Shown here piece after piece: positions 1 to 15,661 of a stretch of 64,000 nucleotides of DNA (the first letter of the stretch is position 1; each line of letters begins with the position of its first letter). The DNA is from Octopus vulgaris (taxonomy: Eukaryota). The translations under genes and the position numbers were made by a program. Below the pieces are notes generated by a model. It did not search any database. It was not told the DNA's origin and worked only from the letters and a program-made list of their open reading frames with translations. Where the stretch lies: NCBI GenBank assembly GCA_951406725.2, contig OX597827.1, positions 28,892,001-28,956,000 on the forward strand, given 5' to 3'.

Positions 1-131
1 AGGTTCAAAGACTTCTAGTCGATAGCCCGAGGCTATTGTAGAAGTGTCACGCAATGTGACTGAATTCGGAACCATGTAATTGGTAAGCAAGCTACTTATG
101 ACACAGCCACTCCTGCACCTTGTGTTGCTGA

Positions 132-382
132 GACCCCCCTTTGGTCATGATTGACCATGGGATTGCACCTAGAAAGTTACCTTCCCAGGCACAAGTCCGG
201 GCAAGGTTGTTTATGGAAGACCAGCTGTCGCCCATGCATACCAGCCTCCCCTCTCTACGCCACCAGTGTTATCCAAGGGAAAGGCAAAGGCCGATACAGC
301 TTGGCACCTGTGACTTCACAACTCATTTCTACAGCTGAGTGAGCTGGAGCAACGTGAAATAAAGTGTCTTGCTGAAGAACAC
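132..382 (-). mobile_element. tRNA-derived SINE (family B), head truncated
   Basis: Matches the body of copies at 39805-40135 and 9850-10125 (gattgcacctagaaagttacc...ggagcaacgtgaaataaagtgtcttgct). Confidence 0.75.
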
Positions 383-654
383 AACTTTGTTTCTGTCAAC
401 TGACTGCGGTCATGCTGGAGCATCTCCTTGAGAGGTTTTAGTCGAACAGATCGAACCCTATTACTTATTTTATCGGTCTCTTTTGCTATATATATTGGTA
501 TATACTGCCTGAGTGAGCAACGAGGACCTGAACACACCAACACCGTTTGTCAAATGGCAAAGGGGGGGGGGGCAAACATAGACAAAGACACATGTGCATA
601 TATATGATATATGTGTGTGTGTACGTGTGTGTGCGCGTGTATATATATATATAT

Positions 655-775
<121 letters not shown>

Positions 776-1339
776 TGATTGATAGATAGAAATATATAGA
801 TATAGATATAAATATATTTAAAGAAACATTGGTTATAGAAAAAAGATTAAATTTGAGTCAACGACTTTATATATAACATCATACCTCAAACATTTAATCA
901 CATATAAATACCACCATGGTTCTTAAACTCATAAAAACTACATATACATAAAAACACAGATGGTAAAAAAAATTTTTTTTGAATAAAATACAAATCGAAA
1001 CGCCTATCAAAAAGGTAAATATAAACGACTAAAAATTCGTACGCTACCAAAACTAATAGACAAAGATAAATTAAATGTCCAAACGACCAAAAAAGTTTTA
1101 TCAAACGATTAAAAATATTTTTCAAACTATGTCTTTTAACTTCCCTCACACAAATACTTCCAAAAGTTCATAAATATACAGACTTCCACAAGTCAAATTC
1201 ACACAATGGCCATTTCTTTAACTTCGTGTCATTTACATTTGAGCACTTCTTTTGCAGTGCTATAAACCCTTTTGTTTCAATAAAAGAGACTAATAATAAT
1301 TCTTGTTGTGTGTATATATATATATTTACGATAAACTTT

Positions 1340-1492
1340 TCTTCAGTTTCCGTCCACCGAATCCATTTACAAGGCTTTCGTCGGCTCGAGGCTACAGTAA
1401 AATACACACATGACTTAAGTGCCACGCAGTCAGACTGAACTAAGAACCATGGAGTTGTGAACCAAGCTTCTTACCACACAGCCAAACCTGTA
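1340..1492 (-). mobile_element. tRNA-derived SINE (family A), diverged 5' part
   Basis: Reverse complement of the head and body of 38300-38750 (cttaccacacagcc, gccacgcagt, cagtttccgtc). Confidence 0.65.
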
Positions 1493-1846
1493 GAAGATTT
1501 CATTAAAAGATATCCATTTTTCACAAAGTAATGAGGAAATAAAGTCGAGGCGGGAAACATTTATATAGTTATGCCCTATTTCGTAGGAAGCAATTTGAGG
1601 GAGATTCGGTTGGTCTTTATAGCAAATGAAGTGATCATGTTGAGGTTACCTTATAAACATATTAGAAAAGAAACAACGGGGTATTCAAAATGAGAAAGGT
1701 GAGTCATCCTAGTGAAAATTTCAAATTTTAAATAATGCAAATCTGTTCATTGACCTGTGCACCAGTTCAACCGCTGTATCTATGTATTTATTCACATAGT
1801 AATCTATTCTTGGTGCAAATACACACAGGCACACACATTGAAACAC

Positions 1847-1906
<60 letters not shown>

Positions 1907-2300
1907 ACACACACATTCATGCACACGCATTCATATGCCTGCTTGAGTGTATCTACATGCATAGACGCACATATGTATATATGTATATATATATGTATGT
2001 ATATGCATGTATATATATGTATATTCGCAGATACACACAAAAATGGTGGCTTCTTTAATTCATAGATATGCATGTGGATAAGCAATGTGAATGTGCGCGT
2101 GTGTACGTATGTGTGTGTATGTTTCTGCGAGTGTGGGGTGGCGTGTGTGAGCATGTGGGTATATGTGTGTGTGTTTGTGCATGCGTAGATGTATTGGCAT
2201 ATACTGCGTGTACCTTTTTGAGAAAAGCAAGAAAAATAGGGAGAATAAGGCAGAATAGGAGAGATAAATAGAGAGAGAGACAGAGAACAGAGAGATAGAC

Positions 2301-2333
<33 letters not shown>

Positions 2334-2779
2334 CAGAGAGAGTGGTGGAGGGAGAGTACAAAGACAAAGAAAACAAGAAGTGAAATGGAGCGAGGGTGAG
2401 AGAGAGAGAGAGAGACGAAGGAAAGACGGAGTGAGTGAGAGACAGAGAGCAAAGAGTGAAGGAAAGAAAGAGAATCAATAAATGAGGTGAGGTATGAGGC
2501 TGGATAAAAGAGAAAACCGAACATCCATGCATTTCCCTTACGTTCTGAAAACGAACAAAGCCCCCCGCTCCCGCTGTAACCCTATTTTCTGTGCAACATC
2601 AAAGAGGCCGACAGTAACCAAAATTCCTCAATAACTGCCGGCACTATCAGTTGTAGCAATAGTAACAGCAATTTCTTGTTTTTACTTCAACATTTTTGTC
2701 ATCACAAAAGTTTTTTTTTACTTTATGTGCGTACATAGGCAAACATACATACCAAACACACCGACTCCATATGTATATA

Positions 2780-4400
<1,621 letters not shown>

Positions 4401-5133
4401 TTTGTATGGGTGTAGGTATGTATTTGCAGCAGAGAATGTGTTGGGGAATATGGCAGAGAGACGGAAGGACAATAAATGTGAAGGGAAATCGAGATCTGAA
4501 TATATAACAGTTTACACACACACATATTTGACATATATATATATATATGTATATCTATAATGGGTGATTCGTATACGTGAGAGGTAGATATGGTGTGTCA
4601 GATTTCTCTCTCTCCCTCTTATTTCTTTACAGTATTCTAATGTCACAACCCCGAATACATAATTATTTATCATTGTGCGTTGTGCCATTTATGTGGAGAC
4701 TTAAGGATCACTCCGTTGTTTAGGTGGGAATCTGATTACACACATACACACACACCACGCACACACACACGCAAACACACAAATACACAGACAATCACGC
4801 ACACGCACACATATATACATACACACAGATACATACGAAGAAAAAACGTAAAGCAGTAACACCTAGATTTCATATATCTATAATTTAATTGTGCTCAGAA
4901 GTTGTTTCAATGGAATAAAACAGCATGATCTTATAAATACGTAATTAACATAATTAATTAATTAATTTAAATGCGATATACTACTCATGTTATCAAGAGA
5001 AGATAATGAAAAATGGCAATCAACTTACCTTTGCTGCATCATATTAATCTATGCGAGTTTAACAATTAATAATTAATTGAGCTTTTAAATATCGTGTTTA
5101 TACACCAATTAACTACACATGTATATATGTATG

Positions 5134-5228
<95 letters not shown>

Positions 5229-5496
5229 ATATATATTATACACCAATTAACTACACATGTATATACGTATATATATATGTGCGTAACATATACGTACTTG
5301 TGTGTGTTTGAGTGTCTGCGTGTGAGTGTACGTGTGTTTGTATGTGTGTGTGTGTGCGCGTGTGTGTGTGTGTGTGTGTGGTATATTTGTTATGGATCAA
5401 TTTTCTGTTACATATATTTTAAATATTTGAAAATCATTAGAAAATTTAAATTAGAAAACAAAAAACACAGGTCGATGTTTAATACTATTACCTGCT

Positions 5497-5536
5497 ATTT
5501 CAATATTTCGAGCACAAGATATCTTCTTCAAGAAAT
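5497..5536 (-). ncRNA. Decayed minimal type I hammerhead ribozyme
   Basis: Minus strand: ATTTC-TTGAAGA-AGATATCTTGTGCTC-GAAA-TA-TT-GAAAT. Helix I ATTTC/GAAAT, palindromic AATATT, C3->T, imperfect stem II. Confidence 0.5.
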
Positions 5537-5609
5537 CTTTGGAGTTGATAGCTGATTTCTCTGCTCTGTGGGGTTGTTTCACTTTCCTGTAGTATCCAAT
5601 CAACTGCGT

Positions 5610-5785
5610 GCGGTTTAGATCGGTTATGTATTTGCAAACCGAACTTGGTGATTATAGCGGCTTCTTTTATTTTGAAGTTCCCAATATTTCGCTCTGTAGT
5701 TTCAATAAGTGTATCTATGAGTGTAAATATGTGTTTATGTTCTTTAATTTGCTTTAGATATCTCGGCTAAAGCGGTGTTGGTACC
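5610..5785 (-). pseudogene. Penelope-like GIY-YIG endonuclease C-terminal remnant
   Basis: Manual translation across frameshifts: TNTALAE..KEHKHIFTL..IETTERNIGNFKIKEAAIITK, resembling the SALAEH and KIKEAxxI motifs. Confidence 0.5.
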
Positions 5786-6094
5786 TGGTATAATCTGTAA
5801 ACATTTCATTTCGTTTTCCTCTGCCTTCTGATCAGTTTTCAATCCATCCCTGGTAGCTGGCTGCTATTTACTGACAGGCTTTAAAACAAACAGTAATAGT
5901 GGAAGTGATTTATCACTCGTTCTGTGACATGATATGGAAATTTAACATTTTCATATCCTTGTGCAAATTCATTTACACATGCACACTCACACACGCTGAA
6001 ACACACACACACACACATATACACACATTTGCCTCTAAGTTTATGTGTTCTACCTATATGTATCGATATATCTATGAATCTATCAATATGCATA

Positions 6095-6166
<72 letters not shown>

Positions 6167-6946
6167 CATACACACATTTGCATACATACATATATAGAGA
6201 AAATGAATACATGATGAGGAATAGGCGGAGCTGTAAGAACGAGGCAATGACTTTCGGTTTCCTGCATCCTGAATTCGAATTCTGCCGTAGCGTACTTGAG
6301 TGGTAGAATAAATCCGTCACCTTCTCATACACCACCTCATTGTACACATCTTGGCTGCGTTTTATAGAATCTACACTGTTGCAAGATTTCAAGCCATGTT
6401 CCATCCCTCACTAATCTCAGTCAGGAGAGATGGATTATGCCTTATCTCTTATATAATTCGTTTTGTGTTCATAAACATGTCCGGAAACTTCGCCTGAAAG
6501 GAGGCACACAATCAGACTATAAACTAGATAATTCCTTTTAAAGGAATTACTTTTCTCTAAGTGGTAGGCTAGTTGATGCTATTTTAAGAAAGCAGGTATT
6601 TGTTTTTATTTTTGTAACGTATTTTTTCACGGTGAAGTTTCCTACGGCAAAAATGTTTATGGTGAAATTTCCTGTAACAGTTCCTAAGCAGAAGCGATTC
6701 AGTAATTCAGGAATGGATTTGGTCTTACAAACCAGAAAGAACGTCTTTTTCTCAATTTTAACCCGGCTGCTCTTAATGCTGCTACTGCCAAATTGCATAA
6801 TATTATCAGATGGTGTCAAAACTGTGATGATTTTTGGTCGATGACTGATGAAAGAATGAGCGTGATCCCGTCTATTGTGTTTTTCTTTTCCCAGTTTTCG
6901 AAATGTTCCTTTGACGTCCTCCTATGCTACATTTTACAAAACACAG

Positions 6947-6980
<34 letters not shown>

Positions 6981-7636
6981 GCGCACGCACGCACGCACAC
7001 ACACACACATACACACACACACGCACGCACACACACACATGCACACAGGGCTTCCTCTGTCAAAACCTGATGACACTGTAAAAAGCATCTGCATAAAAGG
7101 CTGCGTAGTGGGATCGAAGCTAGAACCATCCCACTACTAAGTGAACTACCAACCACAGTGCAATCTATATAGAGTATTTGAGCTTTGACAAGGTAACAAG
7201 CTGCCGCTGTGATGTTTATCGGAGGGTACGGTGACCCGGTCAGTGACAAACAGATAGAAATCTAATTAATGGAATTGAAGTTAACGGGGTAGAAAGTGTG
7301 TCAGATCTATATGACAGCGAAACAAGGGCGTTGTAGTTGATTGATGACTCTTTAAGATTTATCGACAGGAGATAATGAAGATTAAAAGGAAAAACCGAGG
7401 TAAACAGGTGAATGAAATGTAACGTAAATGCTGTATCATTTCTATCGTTACCAGTTGAATCACATCAATAGCACTCAAGACTTCATCAATTTGGAATGTA
7501 TCTGCAGTAGTGGTTCTTAATATTCTTGGATTTCTTGGTGAAGGATATCAAAATATAATACTTCCATTCCTATCAACATACATACGCGTATGTGTGTGAC
7601 GTGTAAATGAGTGAGTGTGTATATATATATATATAC

Positions 7637-7767
7637 GAAGGGGAATATTCCTTGTATTGTTTGTCTTGTACTCTGTTTTTTCGTTGTTAAAAAGAGTCCG
7701 TTTCCTTGTTTGTTTTTATGTTTTCCTTTCTCGTTGTGTTCTACGTTTATTTGTGGTGTCCTGTACT

Positions 7768-7813
<46 letters not shown>

Positions 7814-8759
7814 TGTATATATACATATAGATGGAGGTATGTACATATATGTATGTATGTATGCATATGTTTTATTTGTTAAATTGTTATTATATGATTG
7901 AACGCCTCGCGTCACTTTCTTATTTCTCCAAGTAAGTTTTTATTATAATAATTATGACGCGCACTCTCAACTCTTTACTTGACCTTTCCTTCCTGCCTGT
8001 CTGTCTTCCTCTCTACCTGTCTCCCTCCTTCTTATTTTTCACCCTTTTTGGTTTCTTTTCTTCTCTCTCTCTCTCTCACTCCTCCTTCTCTCTCTCTCTC
8101 ACTCCTCCTCTCTCTGGCCGCTGCCCGGACTACCCAAACTTCCTTCTGCTCGCTGCTTTCAACAAGTCAGCATCGACTTTCTTCTGGTCTCCAGCAAGTC
8201 GATCTTCTGAATTGCGTTCCAACGAATTTTTCCACCGTCTAGGCTTAAAAAAGCCCTTATTGTTGGTTTCCTTGTCCTGCTTTTATTCTCTATGTGTACT
8301 GTATTTTTATTTATTTGTATTGCTTTTACGACCTGTTCTTGTCACTCTTTTTTTTTGTTTACCCCTCTGCAAAAGAATTTTATTTAATTCATTTTGCAGG
8401 AAGGATTGCTTTGGCTGGATCGTGTTCTGTCCTTACCTTCGAAACACGCATTGAGCCGAACCAGAGACAGCTGATGAAGGGGAATATTCCTTGTATTGTT
8501 TGTCTTGTACTCTGTTTTTTCGTTGCTAAATAGAGTCCGTTTCCTTGTTTGTTTTTATGTTTTCGTTTCTCGTTGTGTTCTACGTTTATTTGTGGTGTCC
8601 TGTACTCATATATATATATATGTATATATGCATGTATATATACATATAGATGTAGGTATGTACATATATGTATGTATGTATGCATATGTCTTATTTGTTA
8701 AATTGTTATTATATGATTGAACGCCTCGCGTCAGTTTCTTATTTCTCCAAGTAAGTTTT

Positions 8760-8766
<7 letters not shown>
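7637..8766 (+). mobile_element. Partial-tandem non-autonomous repeat (about 840-bp unit, about 300-bp direct terminal repeats), Penelope pLTR-like
   Basis: 7637-7947 is repeated at 8476-8766; flanked by (TA)n; same family in inverted form at 39325-39790. Confidence 0.7.
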
Positions 8767-8811
<45 letters not shown>

Positions 8812-8897
8812 GCGTATGTACATAGGTGTATATATGTATATATATATATACATACATACATATATGTATATATATATATTATATATATATATGTATA

Positions 8898-8933
<36 letters not shown>

Positions 8934-9267
8934 TGTATGTATGTATGTATGTATGCATAAATGTGTGTGTATGTGTGTCTGTGTTAGTCCCCCGCCATTG
9001 CTTCACAACCGATGTTGATTTGTTTATTTTCCCGTAACATAGCTGTTCGGCAAAAGAGACCGATAGAATAAGTACTACGCTTACAAAGAGTAAGTACTAG
9101 GCTTACAAAGAATGGTCGCAGACAAATGACTGAAACAATTAAAAGAATAAAAGAATAAAAGAAAGAATACGCGCACGCACACACGCACAGACACAGAGGC
9201 TGCGGTAACTGAATTGTCGTCTAAATTTCGTACAAATGAAAATAACACCGACATATCATCTTAACGC

Positions 9268-9485
9268 ATATATAGGCCTCCGTGTTGAGTCTGAGGCCGT
9301 GCGGGAAGATGAATTTAGGCATAACGTCGCCTTCACTATTGATCACTCCAAATACCATGATGTTGACTGGATCTTTGATTTTTATCACACTCGGTACATG
9401 TTTTGGAGGCACAGCAAGCCAACGGTTGTTTTGTGCGTTCACCATCTGATTCTGGAAGAAATTTTTCTCATTTGAGAAAAATCAA
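9268..9485 (-). pseudogene. Tc1/mariner-superfamily DDE transposase fragment
   Basis: FSNEKNFFQNQMVNAQNNRWLA...KDPVNIMVFGVINSEGDVMPKFIFPHGLRLNTEAY; the first catalytic FSDE motif is mutated to FSNE. Confidence 0.8.
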
Positions 9486-9849
9486 TGTGTGTTAGAAACA
9501 ATAGGTATCAGGTGTATATATATAACTCTTATAATATCCGTATACCTTCCTCGTCTATTTTTCTATCTTCGATTGTATTGCTTACATAGACGTATTCGTA
9601 TATGAAACGTCGTCTCTTACAGTGTGGCTCCGAAATCAATAGAAAATATATTGTTAAATGTTCACTTTGTATATCGGAAGAATATATCGCTGCTATGTGA
9701 GACAGATCTAACGACCATGCAGAGACTCTTTCGCTTGTTATACACTTATAACGAACGAAGGATTGGTAGAATGTTCTGCTAATAACTACCTTAGAGCCGA
9801 GCACAATAGACTCACGCATAACAGCAAGGCTGCTTCACACTTAGGCTTT

Positions 9850-10125
9850 TCTCCTCCGAGGCATATGACAGGGCAGAGTTGTTTATGGAAAACCATTAGT
9901 CACCAATGCTTACCAGTCTTACCGCTCCACGTCACTGAAAGGAAAGGCAAAGGGGCCGATACAGGTTGGCTCCGGTCACGTTGCAACTCATTTCTATAGC
10001 TGAGTACACTGGAGCAATGTGAAATGAAGTGTCTTGCTCGAGAACACGACACACAGCACCGTCCGGGAATCGAACTCACTACCTCATGACTGTGAGTACA
10101 ATGCTCTCACACCGAGCCATAACGC
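9850..10125 (-). mobile_element. tRNA-derived SINE (family B)
   Basis: Minus-strand tRNA-like head (gttcgattcccgg B box) at 10060-10125 plus the family B body. Confidence 0.75.
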
Positions 10126-10129
10126 AATG

Positions 10130-10179
<50 letters not shown>

Positions 10180-11302
10180 TGTGCGAGTGTTTGTAGGCCT
10201 TTTCTCCCCCATTAACACCTTCACAAGTCCCATGATCATCACCGCCACCAGAGTCATCACGTTCATTCCAGACATTATGTCGTATATACATGATCCAGTT
10301 CCGTCCCGTTCTCAGATTTCTGAATTTAAATTCTACCGTAGTTAGATTCACATTTCATTCTTTTGAAGTCAATCGAATAACTGTAGGAAATACCGAATCG
10401 ATTTTATCGATTCTAAAACTGTATCCAAATATTGACTTTGTGTCTAGACATAATAAGTGCAAGCAGTAGTCTTTTAATGTGTTTAATGTAACTTTGATGA
10501 AGTGATGGACGGGCAAATATCGGTTTTAATTGGTACCAAACAACTACGCCCTATTTAACATCGTTAACACTTTACCATATTTAACGGCGCTACCTAGTCC
10601 GTTTGCGATTACAGCTAAATCCAGTTTCTTTTAAACATTCGGAGCTCACCTGTGATATGTTGAAGCCACGAATTTCATGGTTACTTACGGCAGGTTCATG
10701 GGTACATTCCCTCCTTCAATTGTTTAAAAAAAACAAAAGAGAAAACGAGCCTAACGGATGTTCGTGCTACTGGCTCTGCATTGGGTCCTTGGCGAACGCA
10801 TTTAATTCTCAACACGTAATTCTAATTGTGTACCAAAGATGAAATAATCCGTCGTCATAATATCATAAAAATAGCTGCAGAGATGTCGAGTTAAAGAGTG
10901 ATTTGTTGGTTCACGTAAACACATCATAATTACACCCTCGTGACAAAACGGTAAAGACTGCCTGTGGTGGGCTAACTAGATTGGAAAATGATCTTTTAGA
11001 GAGTATCAATCATAATTATTGACGGAGTGTTTTATGCATGATTTCAATTATTTTTAATCCCACATGTACGTCCCTACAGGTGACGCTGGTAGGATAATCG
11101 GTACAGTAGCTTACAATTTATTCTGTGGATATTTAGTTTACAGAACTACACGAACTTAGAACATACCTCGACGTAGTAGAATTAGCAATTGGCTCTTCCG
11201 GCACAGATAAAAGACATACCTCCAATTACCTGGTCGATATATTCGACAACGTATCGTATTTCAAGTCGTTGTATTGACAGCATAATAATAATAATAATAA
11301 TG

Positions 11303-11378
<76 letters not shown>

Positions 11379-11571
11379 TAATAATAATGATAATCATTAA
11401 TCAGTATCCACAGGTATATATCTGCGTAAGAAAATGTAGATATCAAGAGATCGCATAAGTTGATTTACAGTAAATATATGTGGTACCTCTACTACGCAGC
11501 TAACCATATGAATGTATTGAAGGTAGGAAATTATGTAATAAATCAAAGTTAACTACACCTATTTAGATGCG

Positions 11572-11636
<65 letters not shown>

Positions 11637-11642
11637 GTATAT

Positions 11643-11695
<53 letters not shown>

Positions 11696-11846
11696 TGTAT
11701 GTATGTATGTATATATATATATATTATGTACAATTATACACATGCGTATATGTAAATGTATACATTCAAAATTAACTTATATAAGAATATATATATGCAA
11801 TATATGAGATCTGTATATGTACATGTGTGTATGCGTGTGTGTGAGC

Positions 11847-11899
<53 letters not shown>

Positions 11900-12066
11900 T
11901 ATATACACATATACAATATATTTAATATGTAACATCCGTAATATATACATACAAAGTATATGTAAATATATGAATATATATATATATTTATATTTATAAG
12001 TTCATATATATATATATATACTCATATATATATATACATATATATACATATATATGTATGTATATA

Positions 12067-12123
<57 letters not shown>

Positions 12124-12839
12124 GTATGTATATAAATGTGTGTGCGGGCGTGCATGTGTGCGTGGTGTTCATGTATGTGCCTGTTTTGCAATTAGTTAAT
12201 AGATTCGGAAAAAATATTCATTCTCCAGAGAATATATGCTCAAGCTTCATTAATTATTTTCTGTAGCGATTTCATTTCATTTCATTTCGTTTGTTCCTTT
12301 TCTTTGTTTTTCTTTTCTTTTCTTAGTCTTTTTATTTTATTTCCTTAATCTTACCTTTCAATATTCATCCTTCCCCGAAGACTATCCAATCATCTTGGTT
12401 ATGATATTTTGATATTTGCCGCTTACGTCATTGGTAGCAATTCTGAATGAATAAAGATGGCGCCGATCAAATGTCTCTTATTAAATATAACAACACGCAC
12501 CAAAAAATACAAAAAATGAAGAATACAAAAGAAAAGAATGGATCTAGTTAACAAAAGATGATATTGTTTTTGTTGTTCTTAGTGGTGATGGTGGTGGTGT
12601 AGTTACATTTTTGTGTTGTTTTTTAAAGATGAACGCAAGTTTTAATTAATGGCCTGGTCGATTATTTATCGTCACCAAGAATTGAGCGATTTATAACAGT
12701 CATATTTCATCTTTAAAACATCGTAATTGTTAAAGATGCTCAATAATTTTATTATTTATTTGACAAATTTCATAAAGAGAATGTCCCTCCTACTATTTTT
12801 TAATATTATCTCCCTTTAGATTTTTCGTTTACTATTTTA

Positions 12840-12941
<102 letters not shown>

Positions 12942-12959
12942 TTGTTATTATTATTATTG

Positions 12960-13045
<86 letters not shown>

Positions 13046-15149
13046 TAAATTTTTTCTCCGTCTTTTCGTTTTCATTCGAAAATTTTTAAAACAAAAGCGC
13101 GTAACTGCATTTTTATAAAGTTTTAGGCTTAAGATTTATTTTAATTATTCTTGAAAATACCTAAAAACAAAAGAATCTAAAAGCAAAAACCACGGATAAA
13201 GCGAAAAATATAACGACCGTTTTCCATTGACAGCATGGTATTTGGAATTGGAAATAAGAAATATTTTCTTAGGTTAAAAAATACTTTATTTTTGCGTGTG
13301 TATATTTTACCAATTTAGAACGATGTACAAATCGTGTATCATTCACAGAAAAAGATTTGAAATAGTTTGAATATGAAATTTACTTTCTTGATAGCTGGTA
13401 TTCCGCTTCATTTACGTTACTAAGGCCTTTGGAAGGCAGAAAAAAAAGAAGAAAAAAGGAAATAAAACAAGTAAATGCGTGAACTGATTTTTCATTTTGA
13501 TATAAATTTTAAACGTTTGTGAATGTAGAAAATCAATAATAGATTACCAAATGTAGTGAACACTTAAGCTAAAAGTGAACTCTCCATGGGCCCACGGTGC
13601 AATTTCGAATCCCGGTTCAAACAATATCATTTTAATTATGTCACTAATGCCCTAATAATAAACATGAATGATGGAGGAGCCAAGGGGAAGCTTCTACATG
13701 GTTTGTATAAACTGACAGAAATGGCAACGAAATCTCCCTCGAATGACGTATGAGTTAGATAAATATTAAAAAAAGATACATTAGAAGAGCTAGTCAATGC
13801 TGCTCTGGAAGTCGGAATGGTCATGGTTAGAACCCTTTTTATCATAGATCAGAGTTGACCTTGAGTTTAAAAATCACAGGGGACGTGAAAGACAGTTTTA
13901 CTCACCTTTTAACTACGAAATCATAAAGAAATCGATTAATTAGTTGTTCTTACTGCTGTTGGGTCTTCATTCAAATGTGATCGAGCAAATCTGTGTTCCA
14001 GGATATTCCTGCTTTTCGTGAATATATAAGATTGTCTTATTTAAAACGGTAGGATATGGTTCGAAGAAAATTTGGCTATTAATTCTAACAGATCGATCGG
14101 TCACATAGCGATCTGATCGTTGATTTGCCCAATTATCATGTTGCAAGACACGGGATAAGTTCTTGCTCGCTTCGGTTAGAAACATGGTTTCCTTTCCGAT
14201 TTCAAGTCGTTTTGCTTCGTTTATCTCCATACCCTTAGGCGAAATGTCACCGAATTATATTGTCATAGATGTTTCAAAGAAGAGGTGGATTGACACGATT
14301 GGAACGTCTTGCATCCATCAGTCAATTTGTTTGATGAAAAGAGATAAACCAGGTAAGTTATTTCTTTCAAAAAATACTCTCAAAGTACAAAGAGTTTTAA
14401 AAATATATCAACTCTGATCAAAGTCTTTCATCCTATTCCTGACCATACACTTTCAAGAATCTATGTGATTATATTAACTGAAGAGTTCTTCCATTTCGTA
14501 AGACAGGATTTTAAATCAGATGGGACAGAACGGGTACTAAACACCAGATGGCATTTCTAGCAATTCTATAATCTGCCTGCTCTTAAGTGTCGGGTTGTCA
14601 GGTAAACTCGTTCGACTTTTCTCCATTGTCATTTTTCTCAATGTTATTTGAATTAATAGGTGAAATATATTCATTTTAGTGTTTAATGGTTTTTGCAACT
14701 CTATTTTTAACTTTACAACTTTTGTTAATCATTTTTAAAATTAAAATATATCTTGTCTCTTTTCCGACAAAATATCGAGCCGAGAGAAAAAAACAAAAAC
14801 AAAAAAAAAGAAAGCCAAAGAATTTATTTAACTACAGAATAATTATAGAATTTAACAAGAATTCACAAGTATCGTTAGAAGAGAATACAAACACACTGAA
14901 ACCACTGCCAATATTCGAGCACGCAATATTTGGAACATTCAAAATACGGTTTCAGCGATATTTGGCTGTTATTTCGAACAAATTGTGCTTTCACATAGGT
15001 GGCTCTCGAATATGAACCGTTGCCTAAATGGAAAGTGAGACAGAACAAAGACATTGCTCGTTGATGGTTTAAATGTTGTAAAATATAGACGAGTGTTGTT
15101 CTTGCCAGTCAAACACTTCTGATTACCTGACATATTCTTATTAAATTTA

Positions 15150-15661
15150 CCGTAAATCCTCGAGTATAGTCCGCCCTTGTGTATAATACGCAGGGGTTTT
15201 TTAGAGGGCTGTACCTCTGAAAAACTTAAACATTGTGTATAATACACACCCCTTCTCTAACTTGAGTCAAGGAGGTCTATATATCGTCTCTGGTTTGAAA
15301 AAATGTATACGATAAGGCCCTTTATTATTATTGTATATATATAACATAATGCAAACGTGTAGCTATTTGTGCATTTTGTTTGCAGAAAATAAAGAAATAG
15401 CAGTAATAACATTTAATAAATATTGCTTACTGCAAGTTACGGATGATTCTTTTATGACTCCATTGCCTTCAGGTTTAGCTTAAGGTATTTTCGCGCCCGA
15501 CATCACAAAATGCGTCTGAATAAACATTGCCGGACAGCAAATCGAGACTCAGACATTGCTTAGAAAATAATTTTCATTTTTAACCTCGTGTATAGTACTC
15601 ACTAGGGATTTTGACCTTTATATTTGGGGGAAAAATGCGGATTATACTCGAGGATTTACGG
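15150..15661. mobile_element. MITE / non-autonomous Tc1-mariner-pogo type element, 512 bp
   Basis: 25-bp TIRs CCGTAAATCCTCGAGTATA(G/A)TCCGC with 24/25 identity; TA on both flanks. Confidence 0.9.

Noticed and set aside
8436-8495. Complete type II HHR in the 840-bp family
   Set aside because: GAAAC and CTGATGA are present but I could not build consistent helices I and III in this copy or in 39570-39625.
10640-10720. Possible minus-strand exon with GTAAGT/GTGAG donors
   Set aside because: No recognisable protein or partner exons; needs RNA-seq.
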